A DNA stretch of 64,000 nucleotides from an uncultured delta proteobacterium (GTDB taxonomy: Bacteria; Desulfobacterota; Binatia; UBA9968). Positions 20,634 through 31,567 of this stretch are shown in pieces. The stretch spans positions 448,001 through 512,000 of the forward strand of contig CAVUZH010000014.1 in assembly GCA_963745835.1 (NCBI GenBank), read 5' to 3'. The first letter of the stretch is position 1. Each line of letters starts with the position of its first letter. The translations under genes were made by a program, and so were the position numbers. The notes under the pieces were generated by a model that was not told the origin of the DNA, searched no databases, and worked only from the letters and a program-made list of their open reading frames with translations.

Positions 20634-23052
20634 TTTCATCGGCAGCCGCACACGCAGCAAAGAAGGGCCGCGACATGTCACCGGTCGAGGTCTTTATACC
20701 GACGACTTCATTTTGCCCGGCATGTTGCAGGCGATGATTCTGCGCAGTCCGCACGCTCACGCCAAAATTCTGTCCGTTGATCCGTCGCCAGCTTTAACCA
20801 ATCCAAACGTCATAGCCGTGATCACCCCGGACGATATCAAGCAAAGCACCAAACCGTTCAAGCCGGGTCGTTATGCCGCCGGCCTCAAACGGCCTATCGA
20901 TGAGTATGCCGGCGCCGTCGATAAAGTGCGTTACGTCGGTGAGCCTCTCGGCGCAGTCGCCGCTCGCGACCGCGGCACCGCGGAAGATGCTTTGGAGCTC
21001 ATCTCGGTGGAATACGAGCCGATCCGTCCGGTGGTTGACGTACGCGAAGCGATCAAGCCTTCCTCCGCGACACTGTTCGAGGAGTTGGGCAGCAATCTGG
21101 CCTGGCATGGCTCTCTCCAATACGGCGACATCGATGGCGCATTTAAATCGGCCGACCGCGTTGTCAAAGAAAACTTAAAAATTCACCGGTACAGCTCGAC
21201 GCCGCTGGAGCCGTTCGTGGTAATCGCATCCTACGATTCCGCCAGCAAACGACTGACGGTCTGGGTCACGGCACAGGTGCCGGAAGTGATCTACGATGGT
21301 TTGCGTGAGGCGCTGGGGCTGCAAGACGTGCGCGTCATTATTCCTGATGTTGGCGGCGGATTCGGACAAAAAATTCACTTGATCCGCAAGTACGTTGTCA
21401 TGGTCGCATTGCTGTCGATGAAAAGCGGCAGGCCCGTGAAGTGGGTGGAAGATCGCAGCGAGCACATGATGGCCGGGGGACACGCGTGCGCCCAAGAGTT
21501 TGAGGCCGAGGTCGCCGTTAAAAACGACGGCACGGTGCTCGGGCTGCGCTTTAAAGAATACGACGATGTCGGCGGCTCGATCAGCACATTGACGATTCAT
21601 TTCACCAATAAGTTAAACAATCTATCGAATACTTACCGCACCCCCAGTATCGCCATGGAAGGCTATGCGGTGGTTACTAACAAGTGTCCGGTGATTCCAA
21701 ATCGCGGCATCGGCAAGCCCGGCATGTGTTACATCTGGGAGCGGATGATGGATCGCGTCGCCCAGGACTTGAACATGAGTCCTATCGACGTACGCCGGAA
21801 AAATTTGATTCAACCGAGTGAGATGCCGTACCGGACCATCAGCGGCAACATCTATGACAGCGGCGATTATCCCGGCCTGCTGTCAACTCTCCTGGAAAAA
21901 ATTGATTACGATAAGCTGCGTGAAGAGCAAAAGCGCGAGCGCGCAAAAGGCCGTTTAATCGGCATCGGCATCGTCGTCGGCGTTGAACCCGGGGGCCGGA
22001 ACGCCGCCCGGGATATGGCGATCTTTCCTGAGATGAAAGAGCCGCCGGGATCGGGCGGTGTCAACGGCGCCACCATCAAGCTCGAAAAGAACGGTACCAT
22101 TGCGTTGCATTTGGGCTCGCCCAATTGCGGCCAGGCGCACGAGACGACGACGGCTCAAGTTGCCGCGGATATCCTAGGGACGAGTCCTGAGCAGATCAGC
22201 ACAAGTATTCCTTTCGATAGCGATCTGTCGCCTTGGGGCGTGGCGGCGGCCAACAGCGGCAACAATTTTCATCTTTACGATATCGGCGCCATCCACGGCG
22301 CGGCAAAAAAGCTGCGAGAGAAAGTGGTGAAGTTGGCCGCGCACCTGCTTAACGCCGATCCGTTGGAATTGACCATCGAAAATGGTGTTGTCCAGGTACC
22401 CGGTTCAGCCACCAGGAAAGTGACATTCGCCGAACTTGGGCGCATCGCCTACAACAATCAGCATCTAATTCCCGATGACATGGAAGCGGGACTACAAGCG
22501 ACCCATTACTACACGTTCCCTCACGCTAAACCGAACATTGTTCCCGGCGCGGACCGTTTAGTGCGCGCGCAGTTTACTTTTTCGGCGGGCGCGCACGCGG
22601 CGATCATAGAAGTCGATAAAGCGACGGGTAAAGTTGAAGTCCTGCGCTATCTCATCGTTGGCGATAACGGCACGGTGATCAACCCCGACGTGGTTAATGG
22701 GCAGGTTTACGGCTCGGCGGCGCATGGCATCGCCGTAGCGCTGGGGGAAGGTTTTATCTACAGCCCGGAGGGGCAACCGCTTACCGTAACCTATTTGGAT
22801 TACGGCAAATGCTCCACGGCGGAAACTCCGAAGGTCGAAGTCATCCATCGACCATCGCCATCGCCGTTCACGTCGCTGGGCCAAAAAGCGGCCGGCGAAG
22901 GCGCCGCTATCCCCTCACCCGCCGCCATTGCCAGCGCGGTTGAAGATGCGCTTACGCCTTTCGGCGTCAAGATCACTGACCTGCCGCTCACGCCGGAAGT
23001 GGTTTGGCGCCTCGCCAACCACAACCCCGATTCCGTGCGGAGGTCTTACTAA
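20626..23052 (+). CDS. Second xanthine dehydrogenase family molybdopterin-binding subunit
   Basis: [38 protein letters not shown]; no AYxCSFR CO-dehydrogenase loop. Confidence 0.95.
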   Translation: MPDFIGSRTRSKEGPRHVTGRGLYTDDFILPGMLQAMILRSPHAHAKILSVDPSPALTNPNVIAVITPDDIKQSTKPFKPGRYAAGLKRPIDEYAGAVDKVRYVGEPLGAVAARDRGTAEDALELISVEYEPIRPVVDVREAIKPSSATLFEELGSNLAWHGSLQYGDIDGAFKSADRVVKENLKIHRYSSTPLEPFVVIASYDSASKRLTVWVTAQVPEVIYDGLREALGLQDVRVIIPDVGGGFGQKIHLIRKYVVMVALLSMKSGRPVKWVEDRSEHMMAGGHACAQEFEAEVAVKNDGTVLGLRFKEYDDVGGSISTLTIHFTNKLNNLSNTYRTPSIAMEGYAVVTNKCPVIPNRGIGKPGMCYIWERMMDRVAQDLNMSPIDVRRKNLIQPSEMPYRTISGNIYDSGDYPGLLSTLLEKIDYDKLREEQKRERAKGRLIGIGIVVGVEPGGRNAARDMAIFPEMKEPPGSGGVNGATIKLEKNGTIALHLGSPNCGQAHETTTAQVAADILGTSPEQISTSIPFDSDLSPWGVAAANSGNNFHLYDIGAIHGAAKKLREKVVKLAAHLLNADPLELTIENGVVQVPGSATRKVTFAELGRIAYNNQHLIPDDMEAGLQATHYYTFPHAKPNIVPGADRLVRAQFTFSAGAHAAIIEVDKATGKVEVLRYLIVGDNGTVINPDVVNGQVYGSAAHGIAVALGEGFIYSPEGQPLTVTYLDYGKCSTAETPKVEVIHRPSPSPFTSLGQKAAGEGAAIPSPAAIASAVEDALTPFGVKITDLPLTPEVVWRLANHNPDSVRRSY

Positions 23053-23054
23053 CC

Positions 23055-23912
23055 ATGATCCCCGGTTCTTTTGATTATTTTTCGCCGCGATCTATTCCCG
23101 AGGCAATCGAGTTGCTATCGGCCCACAGGGATGATGTGAAAGTTCTATCCGGCGGGCAAAGCTTACTGCCTCTGATGAAGATGCGGCTTTCGAAGCCGGG
23201 TTATATTGTGGATATCGGCAAGATTCCGGGACTCGATGGCATCGTCGAGGAAGGCAACAGTCTTGTTCTTGGTGCGCTGGTCACCCATGCGCAGATTGAA
23301 CATTCCGAACTGCTTCAGAAACACTGTCCGCTCCTACCACAAACGGCGGCAACCATCGCCGACATTCAGATCCGAAATCGCGGCACTATTGGCGGCAGCG
23401 TTGCCCACGCGGATCCGGCGGGCGACATGCCTGCAGCGATCATGGCTCTGGATGCCGAAATCAAAGTGGCAGGACCCAATGGCGAGCGTTGGATTAAGGC
23501 CGATGATTTTTTCCTGGGACTGCTAATGAGCGTGCTCGAACCAGATGAGATCGTCTCTGCCGTAAGAGTTCCGTTCACGGACAAGGACAAAACAGCGTAC
23601 CTGAAGGCCGCACCCCGGTCGTCGGGTTTTGCAGTAGTTGGCGTGGCGGTTCGGATGACCATGGACGCTGCGGGAAGTTGCACGCGCGCAGCGTTGGGAA
23701 TCACCGGCATCAGTGATAAAGCTTACCGGCCGGATCGTTCCGAAGAAATATTGAGTGGGAAAAAACTCGATTCAAAAATCATTGCGGAAGCCGCCGCCGA
23801 GTCGACCCGCAATATCGACGTCATCGAAGACATTAACGGTTCCAGCGAATACCGTACTCACCTGACACATATTTACGTTCAGCGGGCGATCGAAGCAGCG
23901 CTACAGAGCTAA
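23055..23912 (+). CDS. Second FAD-binding medium subunit (CoxM-like)
   Basis: MIPGSFDY, LSGGQSLLP, IRNRGTIGGS.AHADP. Confidence 0.95.
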   Translation: MIPGSFDYFSPRSIPEAIELLSAHRDDVKVLSGGQSLLPLMKMRLSKPGYIVDIGKIPGLDGIVEEGNSLVLGALVTHAQIEHSELLQKHCPLLPQTAATIADIQIRNRGTIGGSVAHADPAGDMPAAIMALDAEIKVAGPNGERWIKADDFFLGLLMSVLEPDEIVSAVRVPFTDKDKTAYLKAAPRSSGFAVVGVAVRMTMDAAGSCTRAALGITGISDKAYRPDRSEEILSGKKLDSKIIAEAAAESTRNIDVIEDINGSSEYRTHLTHIYVQRAIEAALQS

Positions 23913-23915
23913 ATA

Positions 23916-23944
23916 GCGCGGCGGCCAGGATCTGACCGCCGCGC
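23916..23944. terminator. Hairpin between convergent genes
   Basis: GCGCGGCGG...CCGCCGCGC inverted repeat. Confidence 0.55.
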
Positions 23945-23958
23945 ACCAGCTAAATCAA

Positions 23959-24405
23959 TCATTCGGGATATTTGTCGGCCCGGAATTCCTTGTGGCAAGA
24001 GGAGCAGACTTCGCCGACAGCCTTGAATTTGGCTGCCACCGCTGCATCATCCTTTGACTTTGCCGCGGAGGCGAGCTCACCGCTCGCTTTGCTCAAGTTC
24101 TTGGCTTGTTTGGCAAATTCATCGGATTTTTCCCAGATCGCGGCCGTCGCCTTGGTCTTCCCTTTATCACTACCTTTAGGAAACAGGCTGGGAATCTTAT
24201 CCGCAGTGCCCATGATGTCTTTGGCCTTGGTTTCTACCGTTGCATAGTCTTTGCTCTCAACTGCCCCCTTGATCGCTTTGACATCTGCGCTGTTGCCCTT
24301 CATTGCTTTCTGTCTCTTCTCAATAACTTCTTCTTGAGCCAAAACCTGTGAGGAGACTGATGCTGTAAGTAAAATGAAAAGTCCAGTGATGATAATTTTT
24401 TGCAT
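23959..24405 (-). CDS. Cytochrome c' / c556 (class II)
   Basis: Signal peptide, RQKAMK, LFPKGS, IW, C-terminal CSSCHKEFR. Confidence 0.93.
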   Translation of the reverse strand: MQKIIITGLFILLTASVSSQVLAQEEVIEKRQKAMKGNSADVKAIKGAVESKDYATVETKAKDIMGTADKIPSLFPKGSDKGKTKATAAIWEKSDEFAKQAKNLSKASGELASAAKSKDDAAVAAKFKAVGEVCSSCHKEFRADKYPE

Positions 24406-24877
24406 GATCCCGTACCCTCCTTATGGTTAACGCCCGTTGATCCGGTAGCTCCGAAGATAAATTGTCATAGGCTATACCTAAGTGACCGATGCAAGAAAAA
24501 AACCGGTTAGGATTCTAGCCGGCCTATTCTGGCCGAGTCGAATTATATAGTCGTACAGATTACCTCGCCGCGGTATGAGCAAAGAAAGTACCAGCACGTT
24601 CGTATGTGAAAAGCCAACAGCCACGGGAGCCTTTCAACTGGCCCGAAGTTTCATTGTCCCGAAACCGAATCAGCCGTTCTAGAAAACAATACAGCCATAC
24701 ACGCATATTGATCCGGATGAATCGCCAAATACCTTAGCCGCGATAACATACTACATTCCGAGTAGCACGTGGCGATTGCACCAAGCTTTGACATACGCTT
24801 ATTTGGACGACACAATCGGTCGCAAATTCAAGGATGTCCAACGGATCGAAAATATAGCAGATGGGACAAGTTAATCG

Positions 24878-24903
24878 CGAGGCCCCCACTTGTGGGGGCC
24901 TCG
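24878..24903 (-). terminator. Probable intrinsic terminator
   Basis: CGAGGCCCCCAC-TT-GTGGGGGCCTCG downstream of the transglutaminase-like gene. Confidence 0.65.
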
Positions 24904-24932
24904 AATAAGAACGACAACGAAACGGGTACTAA

Positions 24933-26030
24933 TCAAATCTCTTTAGCCGTGATGGTGTATTTGAAATTATCCGGATCGAGGCTATCGCGCCGACCGTTGG
25001 CTTCCTCAACCTGGGGGTACATCAGAAAGCCAAGTTCAGGTCCGTTAGAGTTGGGTAATTTAACGTCATGAGCATAGTTATACGCTAACCAGTTCATTTC
25101 CCATGCGCCAAACAGTTTGGCTCGCGCCTTCTTGACCTTGGGATCATCGAGCGGCAGCGGCTGGCCGGGCAGGTTCTCTTCCAGAACCACCTTGCGCACG
25201 TCGGCTGGATCGACCGGTACCCAGCCCTGCCCAGTCAAAAAGACTTCAGCCCGGCAATGCTGGGCGCGGGTAATATCGTCGGCCTTGCCGAGACTTTTGA
25301 ATTCTGATGAGTTAGCGCAGCGGATTCCGTAGACATCCCGTGCCGGCAGGCCGGCGGCGCGGGCCAATCCCACGTATAGCGCGTTTAGGTCGGCGCACTT
25401 GCCGCCGAGATAACCGGTTTGAAGCATCGTCGAAATGTCGCCGATACCACAACCTTTCACCTTGGGATCGCGAAAAGTATTATCGACGATCCACTCATAG
25501 ATCGCTCGCGCTTTGTCGACGTCGCTCTTCATACCCATGGTAATGCCACGTGAAGTCGTACCGACGATACCATCGGTTCGTATAAGCTTTGACGGCTTAC
25601 GGAAATAGTCCAGCACGGCCTTATCTTCTTTGACCGCAACATTTGGTTTCTCGCTCAAATTCACTTGCCGGTCGCGGGTCTTAAAACGGCTCTTCAGTTC
25701 TAATGAAGGCGCGGTTTCCCCGGCCGTCCATTCGGCGAATAACATCCCTGTTCCATATCGATCGTACTGGACGATTCGAGCAGACTTGAAGTTACCAGTC
25801 CAGCTATCATCTTCACGTTTGAAATAGTCCGTCTGCTTGGTAAGTGGGACTGGAAGCCACACGCGAGTAGCTCCCACGGGTTTGATGACATCGACTTTGG
25901 TAATCACCTCGAAGCTTCGCCACTTCGTCGGATCGTCAGCACTCGCAAAATGATTCAACCTGGGCGTAGCCCCCAGCGCCAGCCCAGCAGAAACGGTCAG
26001 GCTCGATTTTAAAAATGATCTCCGGTTCAT
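24933..26030 (-). CDS. Tat-exported transglutaminase-like protein
   Basis: NRRSFLK Tat motif; GGKCADLN, QHCRAEV, GWVPVDPAD (Cys-His-Asp triad). Confidence 0.9.
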   Translation of the reverse strand: MNRRSFLKSSLTVSAGLALGATPRLNHFASADDPTKWRSFEVITKVDVIKPVGATRVWLPVPLTKQTDYFKREDDSWTGNFKSARIVQYDRYGTGMLFAEWTAGETAPSLELKSRFKTRDRQVNLSEKPNVAVKEDKAVLDYFRKPSKLIRTDGIVGTTSRGITMGMKSDVDKARAIYEWIVDNTFRDPKVKGCGIGDISTMLQTGYLGGKCADLNALYVGLARAAGLPARDVYGIRCANSSEFKSLGKADDITRAQHCRAEVFLTGQGWVPVDPADVRKVVLEENLPGQPLPLDDPKVKKARAKLFGAWEMNWLAYNYAHDVKLPNSNGPELGFLMYPQVEEANGRRDSLDPDNFKYTITAKEI

Positions 26031-26145
26031 GGACTCCCCCAATTGGTTTTATCGAATGGATTCGATTGGTAATCCCTACAACGGTTTTTTTGGAAAAACA
26101 ACCGGATAATGACCGGATTGTTCTGAGACTTTGGTACTGTTTCGA

Positions 26146-26625
26146 TCAATCTTTGCCCGATTGTTCCCGTAGAAAAGTCAGCACCTCTTGCGGGTGCTGA
26201 TCAGCTTTTTTGACGGTCGGCCAGTGTTTGATCACGTTGCCCCTTGAGCCGATTACCAATGTTGAGCGGATCGTGCCCTCCACGGTTTTTCCGTACATCA
26301 TCTTCTTGCCGAATGCCTGGTATTTTTTCATGACCTCGGCCTTGGGATCGGCCAAAAGCACGAACGGCAAATCGAACTTCTCAGCAAACTTCTTATGAGA
26401 AGCAATGCTGTCTTTGCTGATACCCAGAACTATCGCTCCCAGTCTTTTCATTTGCGTATTTAGCTCGCGGAACCCGCAAGCTTCCTTGGTTCAGCCCGGA
26501 GTACTGTCCTTGGGATAGAAGAATAAGACCATTTTTTGGCCGCGATAATCCTCAAGCGAATGTGTCTTGCCGTCGTGGCCTTCCAGACTGAACGCCGGCG
26601 CTTTCTGCCCCTCCAAACTCTTCAT
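26146..26625 (-). CDS. bcp: BCP/PrxQ peroxiredoxin selenoprotein, Sec45 at TGA 26493-26491
   Basis: GAGGAG RBS; [14 protein letters not shown]...[20 protein letters not shown] in frame with ORF 26146-26451; paralog at 28311 has TGC at the same site. Confidence 0.93.
26462..26482 (-). promoter_or_regulatory. Candidate bacterial SECIS hairpin
   Basis: AGCTTGCGG-GTT-CCGCGAGCT (9 bp with one G-U), loop 17 nt after TGA; disrupted in the Cys paralog. Confidence 0.75.
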
Positions 26626-26933
26626 GCCCAGCCTTTCTCCTCAACCGAGAATGTAGCATTCATTGTTCGAATCGGTACGCTCTTAAGAAATCAACCCAGC
26701 GAAACGGTTTGCGGCGACAAATCGGATTAGGCGCCTCGAAAAGCCGTTCGCGCTCCTGCCATGGGATTCCTGCTACACTTCGTAGGTTTCGCGAGCTTTT
26801 TCCCAGGTACTGCGCCCAAAACCTTCGCAGAAGGGTTCGTTACTCTCCGCCATACAGGTGGCGAGATCCACTAAGTACATCTCGCGGTTCTCCGATACCG
26901 CTTTCAAGAGACGACTCTTGGTAAATTATTGCT

Positions 26934-28298
26934 TTAAGTCGAAACGCAGCGAAATTTGGCGAACACATACGGATAGTGACCTTGATACCAATTGCGAAAC
27001 GTCGGTCGCAGCAGTTCCGCCGGAGTCGCCCAGGAAGCGCCCTTGAAGACGAAGTGCTTTCCATCGAAAAAATCCTTGGAGTAGTCGGGATAGCGAGGAA
27101 TATAAGGCGTGAAGCCTGGAAACGGCGCGAATGGCGTATCGGTTAACTCCCAGCCATTACCGACCAATTCTCCGATACCCCATCGGCTCACGCCGGCTGG
27201 ATGCGAGCCTACGGGATTCGGCGACCACGAGCTAAAATCGAAATTGCCATGACGATGCGCTGGAGCTAATTCGCCCCACGGATAACGCGTCGAGATTTCG
27301 TCAGGTCCGCCGTAGCAGGCGCGTTGAAACTCCGCCTCAGTCGGCAATCGCTTGCCGCGCCAGCTAGCGTAGGCACGCGCCTCAGCAACGGTCACATAGA
27401 CCGGCCAACTGGAAACCTGGGCGAGCGGAAAGAGATCGAACATCGCTTTGTAGAGCCAGAGGCTGCCCCGTTGAAGCCAAACGCTGGGATGCTTCCTGGC
27501 GGTTTGCACTTTCCAGCGCCAATCTTCCGGTCGCCAGTAACGCTCTACATCGTAAGCGCCGGACTGCACGAATTCAAAATATTCGCCATTGGTGACCGGC
27601 ATCGAATCCATCGTAAATGCCGGTACATCGACAACCGTTTGTGAAAACTCGTTGTCCCAGCCGAAGTCTAACTCGGAAAACTTTGCGCCAAGTGAAACTT
27701 TGCCGCTCTGGTATTTCCGTTGGAACGAGAACGCGCAGCCGCCTGGAAGGAATACCGTGGTGATTTGGTTGGGCGGTTTTTTTTATCAAGCGGCAGCTCA
27801 TGCATCATATACAACAGAGTTTCTTGATGCATGTATTCATGCTCGAGAACCATTTCGAAGGCGCGCCCGTTTTGTGCCATGATATCTGAGGATTCCAAAC
27901 GCGACATCATTATCGAGCGCTTCCAAGACCGCCGAGCGAACCTGGTCGCGGTATTTCAGTACTGTATGCAGATCGGGCCAGGTCTCCGGAACCTCGGGAT
28001 GCCAATGACACTCGCCAGTGTCAACGTCCGGATCGATGCCGCGACAAAACAAATCGTCGAAATAAGGATTGAAGGACTTCCACTGCAGCAGTGCGCCACA
28101 GGTTTGATTCCAGGTGAACGCAGGAAGATGTCCGACATAAAAAATAAAAGGGTGGCGCCAGACAATCGGCTTGGTTAACATCTGATCTTCGTTGATCAGA
28201 CGAAACAGCTCATCGGTCTTAGACCAAGCCGAGTGAAACCGTGCTTCGAACCTCGCCCTCTCGACGTTGACCCGCGGTACGAATGCCCGGTTCATCAC
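26934..28298 (-). CDS. EgtB/Egt1-like non-heme iron sulfoxide synthase (DinB-like + FGE-like domains), frameshifted
   Basis: RHPFIFYVGH, GIDPDVD, HEYMHQE iron motif, FGWDNE, RLPTEAE, GNGWE, RNWYQ..YPY spread over ORFs 27837-28298, 27668-27910, 26934-27611; shifts near 27910 and 27700-27720. Confidence 0.85.
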
Positions 28299-28310
28299 GA
28301 TACCCCGCCG

Positions 28311-28778
28311 TCACTTCTGGAGAAACTGCAACACTTCACGAGGATGCTCCTCCGCATTAGCAACCGGCGCCCATTGGCGTAACACCTTACCGTCAGGACC
28401 GATCACCACCGTCGAGCGAATAGCGCCTTCGACGGTTTTGCCCTCCATATTTTTCCTCTCACCCCAAGCGCCGTAAGCCTGCATAACTTTGGTTTCGGGA
28501 TCGGAAAGAAGAGTAAACGGCAAGTTATATTTAGCGATAAATTGATTGTGCGATTCGATTCCGTCTTTGCTTACGCCCAAAACGATGGCGTTGGAATTCG
28601 TCACCGAATCGATAGAATCGCGAAAGCCGCAAGCTTCCTTGGTGCAGCCCGGCGTGTCATCTTTCGGATAAAAATAAAGGATAACGCTTTTACCTCGGTA
28701 GTCGGACAAAGAATGTCGCTTGCCATCGCTGCCGTCTAAATTAAATGCCGGCGCCTGCTGTCCTTCTAAATTACTCAT
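28311..28778 (-). CDS. bcp: BCP/PrxQ peroxiredoxin (Cys form)
   Basis: [35 protein letters not shown]. Confidence 0.95.
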   Translation of the reverse strand: MSNLEGQQAPAFNLDGSDGKRHSLSDYRGKSVILYFYPKDDTPGCTKEACGFRDSIDSVTNSNAIVLGVSKDGIESHNQFIAKYNLPFTLLSDPETKVMQAYGAWGERKNMEGKTVEGAIRSTVVIGPDGKVLRQWAPVANAEEHPREVLQFLQK

Positions 28779-28959
28779 GAAGCCTCCTTCTCGGGATTTA
28801 AGCTATTTCTTTTGTCTATCATGTGTAAAGGCTCGGTCAATACAACCCGCGATAAAACTTGTGGGTTCGCATTGTCGCCCAAATAGTCGTGCCGGGAGAG
28901 TGGGCTGGAGATGTCCAGGGCGGGATCGTGGCGCGGTTATTACCCGTGGTAACCAGGAG

Positions 28960-29871
28960 CTATTTGTTTTTCAGAAACTCGCGGAATGCCTGAGCAACTG
29001 GTGATAGCGGCCGGCCCTTATAACAAACCTCGTAGAAGTCGCGGATCATCTTCAACTCGCGAATTGGAATTTCCGTAAGAAGGCCTTCAGCCAATTCACG
29101 TGCGACTGAAACGCGGGACAAAATCGAAATACCGAATCCCGAGATCAGAGCCTCTTTAACCGCCGCGGTACTTCCAAGCTCCATTGCTACACTGAGCAGG
29201 TCGTCGGCAGAACGTCGGCCCTTACTGATAAGGTGACGAAAAGAATCCAAGGTTCCCGAGCCGCGTTCCCGCGAGATGAAGTGTTCCGAACGCAAATCTG
29301 CCAGGTGAACGAATTTTCGGCGGGCCCACGGATGTGCACTCGGCACAGTGAGTACCATTTCATCCTGCCAGATCTTGTCGAAAGATAGTCTGTTCTCCGC
29401 GTTCTTGAAGCCGACGAATCCGATTTCGACTTTGCCGTCGAGCACCTCGTCCACTATGCTCGCCGAGTCGCCGATTCGCAGAATCGGCTTTACCCGAGGA
29501 TGCTTTTGGATGAATGCGGCAAGGCTATGCGGCAGTAAATATTCACCGGGAATGTTGCTGCCGCCGATCCAAAGCTCGCCGCTCAGGCTACCGTGAAAAC
29601 GCTCGATCTTAGCCACCGTTTCTCTTTTGAAAGCCAGCAGATCCTTGGCCTGTTCGAGCAGCAGTATGCCTAATGCGGTCAGAGTAACCTTCCCGGGAAT
29701 CCGATAGAACAACTTGCCGCCAAGGGTTTTTTCCAGTTCCTGGATATGCGCGCTGACTGTGGGTTGCTTCAAAGATAGCCGTTGTGCCGCTTCCGAAAAG
29801 CTTTTAAGCTCTGCTACCCAGAAGAAGACTTCGAGCTTGTGTAGATCCAAATCGCCTTTTAGTTTGCTCAT
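28960..29871 (-). CDS. LysR family regulator, CysL-like
   Basis: LysR HTH (SFSEAA..L.L.QPTVS); GSNIPGEYLLP, RERGSGT, ELGSTAAVK. Confidence 0.92.
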   Translation of the reverse strand: MSKLKGDLDLHKLEVFFWVAELKSFSEAAQRLSLKQPTVSAHIQELEKTLGGKLFYRIPGKVTLTALGILLLEQAKDLLAFKRETVAKIERFHGSLSGELWIGGSNIPGEYLLPHSLAAFIQKHPRVKPILRIGDSASIVDEVLDGKVEIGFVGFKNAENRLSFDKIWQDEMVLTVPSAHPWARRKFVHLADLRSEHFISRERGSGTLDSFRHLISKGRRSADDLLSVAMELGSTAAVKEALISGFGISILSRVSVARELAEGLLTEIPIRELKMIRDFYEVCYKGRPLSPVAQAFREFLKNK

Positions 29872-29958
29872 GGTAAGTTGATCGCTGTGATTTTCGCTAT
29901 TAAATGCGCCGGGACCGAACGTTGTCAACTGCGCAACTTGGCGTTATATTTTTGATCA

Positions 29959-31062
29959 ATGTCAAAGCAATCGCCGTTAGTCAGCGTTCATCAGGCCAAT
30001 GGAGCAATACTGGCCGAGTATGACGGCTGGTCGCTGCCCCGACATTTCGGCGACCCGCATGAGGAGCACTTATCGGTGCGCCGTGCGGCCGGCCTTTTGG
30101 ACTTCTCAAACCGCGCCGTCTTGGAGTTCACCGGCGTTGATCGTCTATCTTATCTGCAGGGCTTGATCTCAAATGATTTGCGGGTGCCTTCCGCAGGGGA
30201 AGGAATTTATGCCGCGTTCCTGAGCCAGCAGGGAAAAGTTCTCGGCGACTGCCGCGTCTTGACTACGGACGATAGTTTCATTGTCGACTTGTGGGAACCG
30301 CTTAAGCAAAAAATTCTCGATCACCTACACCGTTATTTGGTTGCCGACGAGGTGGAGATCGCGGATTTAAGCGACCGCTGCGCCATCTTGTCCATTCAGG
30401 GACCCAAGTCGGAAACACTGCTAGAAAAATTTCTCGCCAGGGAACAACAGCCGCAGACAAGTCTAGCTCACTCGATTGCTGAATTTGCCGGGGTCGAAAT
30501 GCGCATCTGCCGCTCTGGCCATACGGGTGAAGATGGGTTCGATCTGATGATTCCTCTCGCCCACATTGAAAACATGGCTCAGCAGTTGACCGAAGCCGCC
30601 TCGACGTACTCTGCCCGATGGGTTGGCACTGAGGCTTACGAGATCCTGCGAATCGAAGCAGGTATTCCGCGTTATGGCATCGACATTACCGATGACAATC
30701 TCATACTGGAAACCGGTCTGACTCACGCTGTGAGCTTCGACAAGGGTTGCTATCTGGGTCAGGAAGTCGTCGAAAGGATTCGCTCCCGCGGCCACGTCAA
30801 CAAAAATCTTACCGGGCTATTGATCCACGGCGAAAAGCCCCCGCCGGCAGGCAGCAAGATATTGTCAACCGAAAAGGAAATCGGCACGATCACGAGCTCA
30901 GTCTACTCCCCGAGTCTCGAGTCCCCGATCGCGTTGGGCTATGTTCATCGCGACCATCGTTCTCGAGGTACACAGCTACTGGTACGCTACGATGCGGAAC
31001 TTCTTGTCAACGCCACGGTTACGGAGTTACCGTTCACCGCTACCGACCCGGCGAGACACTAA
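29959..31062 (+). CDS. YgfZ/GcvT-like folate-binding protein
   Basis: GcvT fold; KGCYLGQE YgfZ signature. Confidence 0.9.
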   Translation: MSKQSPLVSVHQANGAILAEYDGWSLPRHFGDPHEEHLSVRRAAGLLDFSNRAVLEFTGVDRLSYLQGLISNDLRVPSAGEGIYAAFLSQQGKVLGDCRVLTTDDSFIVDLWEPLKQKILDHLHRYLVADEVEIADLSDRCAILSIQGPKSETLLEKFLAREQQPQTSLAHSIAEFAGVEMRICRSGHTGEDGFDLMIPLAHIENMAQQLTEAASTYSARWVGTEAYEILRIEAGIPRYGIDITDDNLILETGLTHAVSFDKGCYLGQEVVERIRSRGHVNKNLTGLLIHGEKPPPAGSKILSTEKEIGTITSSVYSPSLESPIALGYVHRDHRSRGTQLLVRYDAELLVNATVTELPFTATDPARH

Positions 31063-31191
31063 CGTGATCTTGCCAATCGGATGCGCCGGGATTCGAACCG
31101 GCCTGTCCGGAGTATTCGGCACTTGAATCCGAACGCCGAGTCCGTATATTGAACGGAAAATTTTGCTCCACCCGAGAAAGGCTGAAGAGAA

Positions 31192-31497
31192 ATGGCTAAT
31201 TTTGTCAAAGTCTGCAGGGCCGAGGATATCAAAGCCGGTTGTGCCAGGAGCCTTGAAGTTAACGGTAAGTCAATTGGCGTCTACAATGTCGACGGCAAGT
31301 TTTATGCGATCAATGACATTTGCGGTCATCGCGGCGGACCGTTAGCCGAAGGCGAACTGGATGGCACCACGGTGATCTGTCCTTGGCATGGCTGGCGCTA
31401 CAATGTCACCACCGGTGAAAACGAATTGCTACCGGCATTGCCGATTGAAAAATATGAAGTAAAAGTTGAAGGCGATGACGTGCTGGTGGACGTTTAA
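31192..31497 (+). CDS. Rieske [2Fe-2S] ferredoxin
   Basis: CGHRGGPL...CPWHGW. Confidence 0.95.
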   Translation: MANFVKVCRAEDIKAGCARSLEVNGKSIGVYNVDGKFYAINDICGHRGGPLAEGELDGTTVICPWHGWRYNVTTGENELLPALPIEKYEVKVEGDDVLVDV

Positions 31498-31513
31498 GAA
31501 AACCACGCGAATC

Positions 31514-31556
31514 AAACAAGGCCCGCTGCCATCGTTGATGGAGCGGGCCTTTTGTT
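31514..31556. terminator. Probable bidirectional intrinsic terminator
   Basis: AAGGCCCGCT...AGCGGGCCTTTT between convergent genes. Confidence 0.75.
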
Positions 31557-31567
31557 AAATATCCTTC

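Noticed and set aside
16971-23052. Aerobic CO dehydrogenase or bona fide 4-hydroxybenzoyl-CoA reductase
   Set aside because: No AYxCSFR loop; the FAD subunits lack the Cys-rich [4Fe-4S] insertion of HcrB
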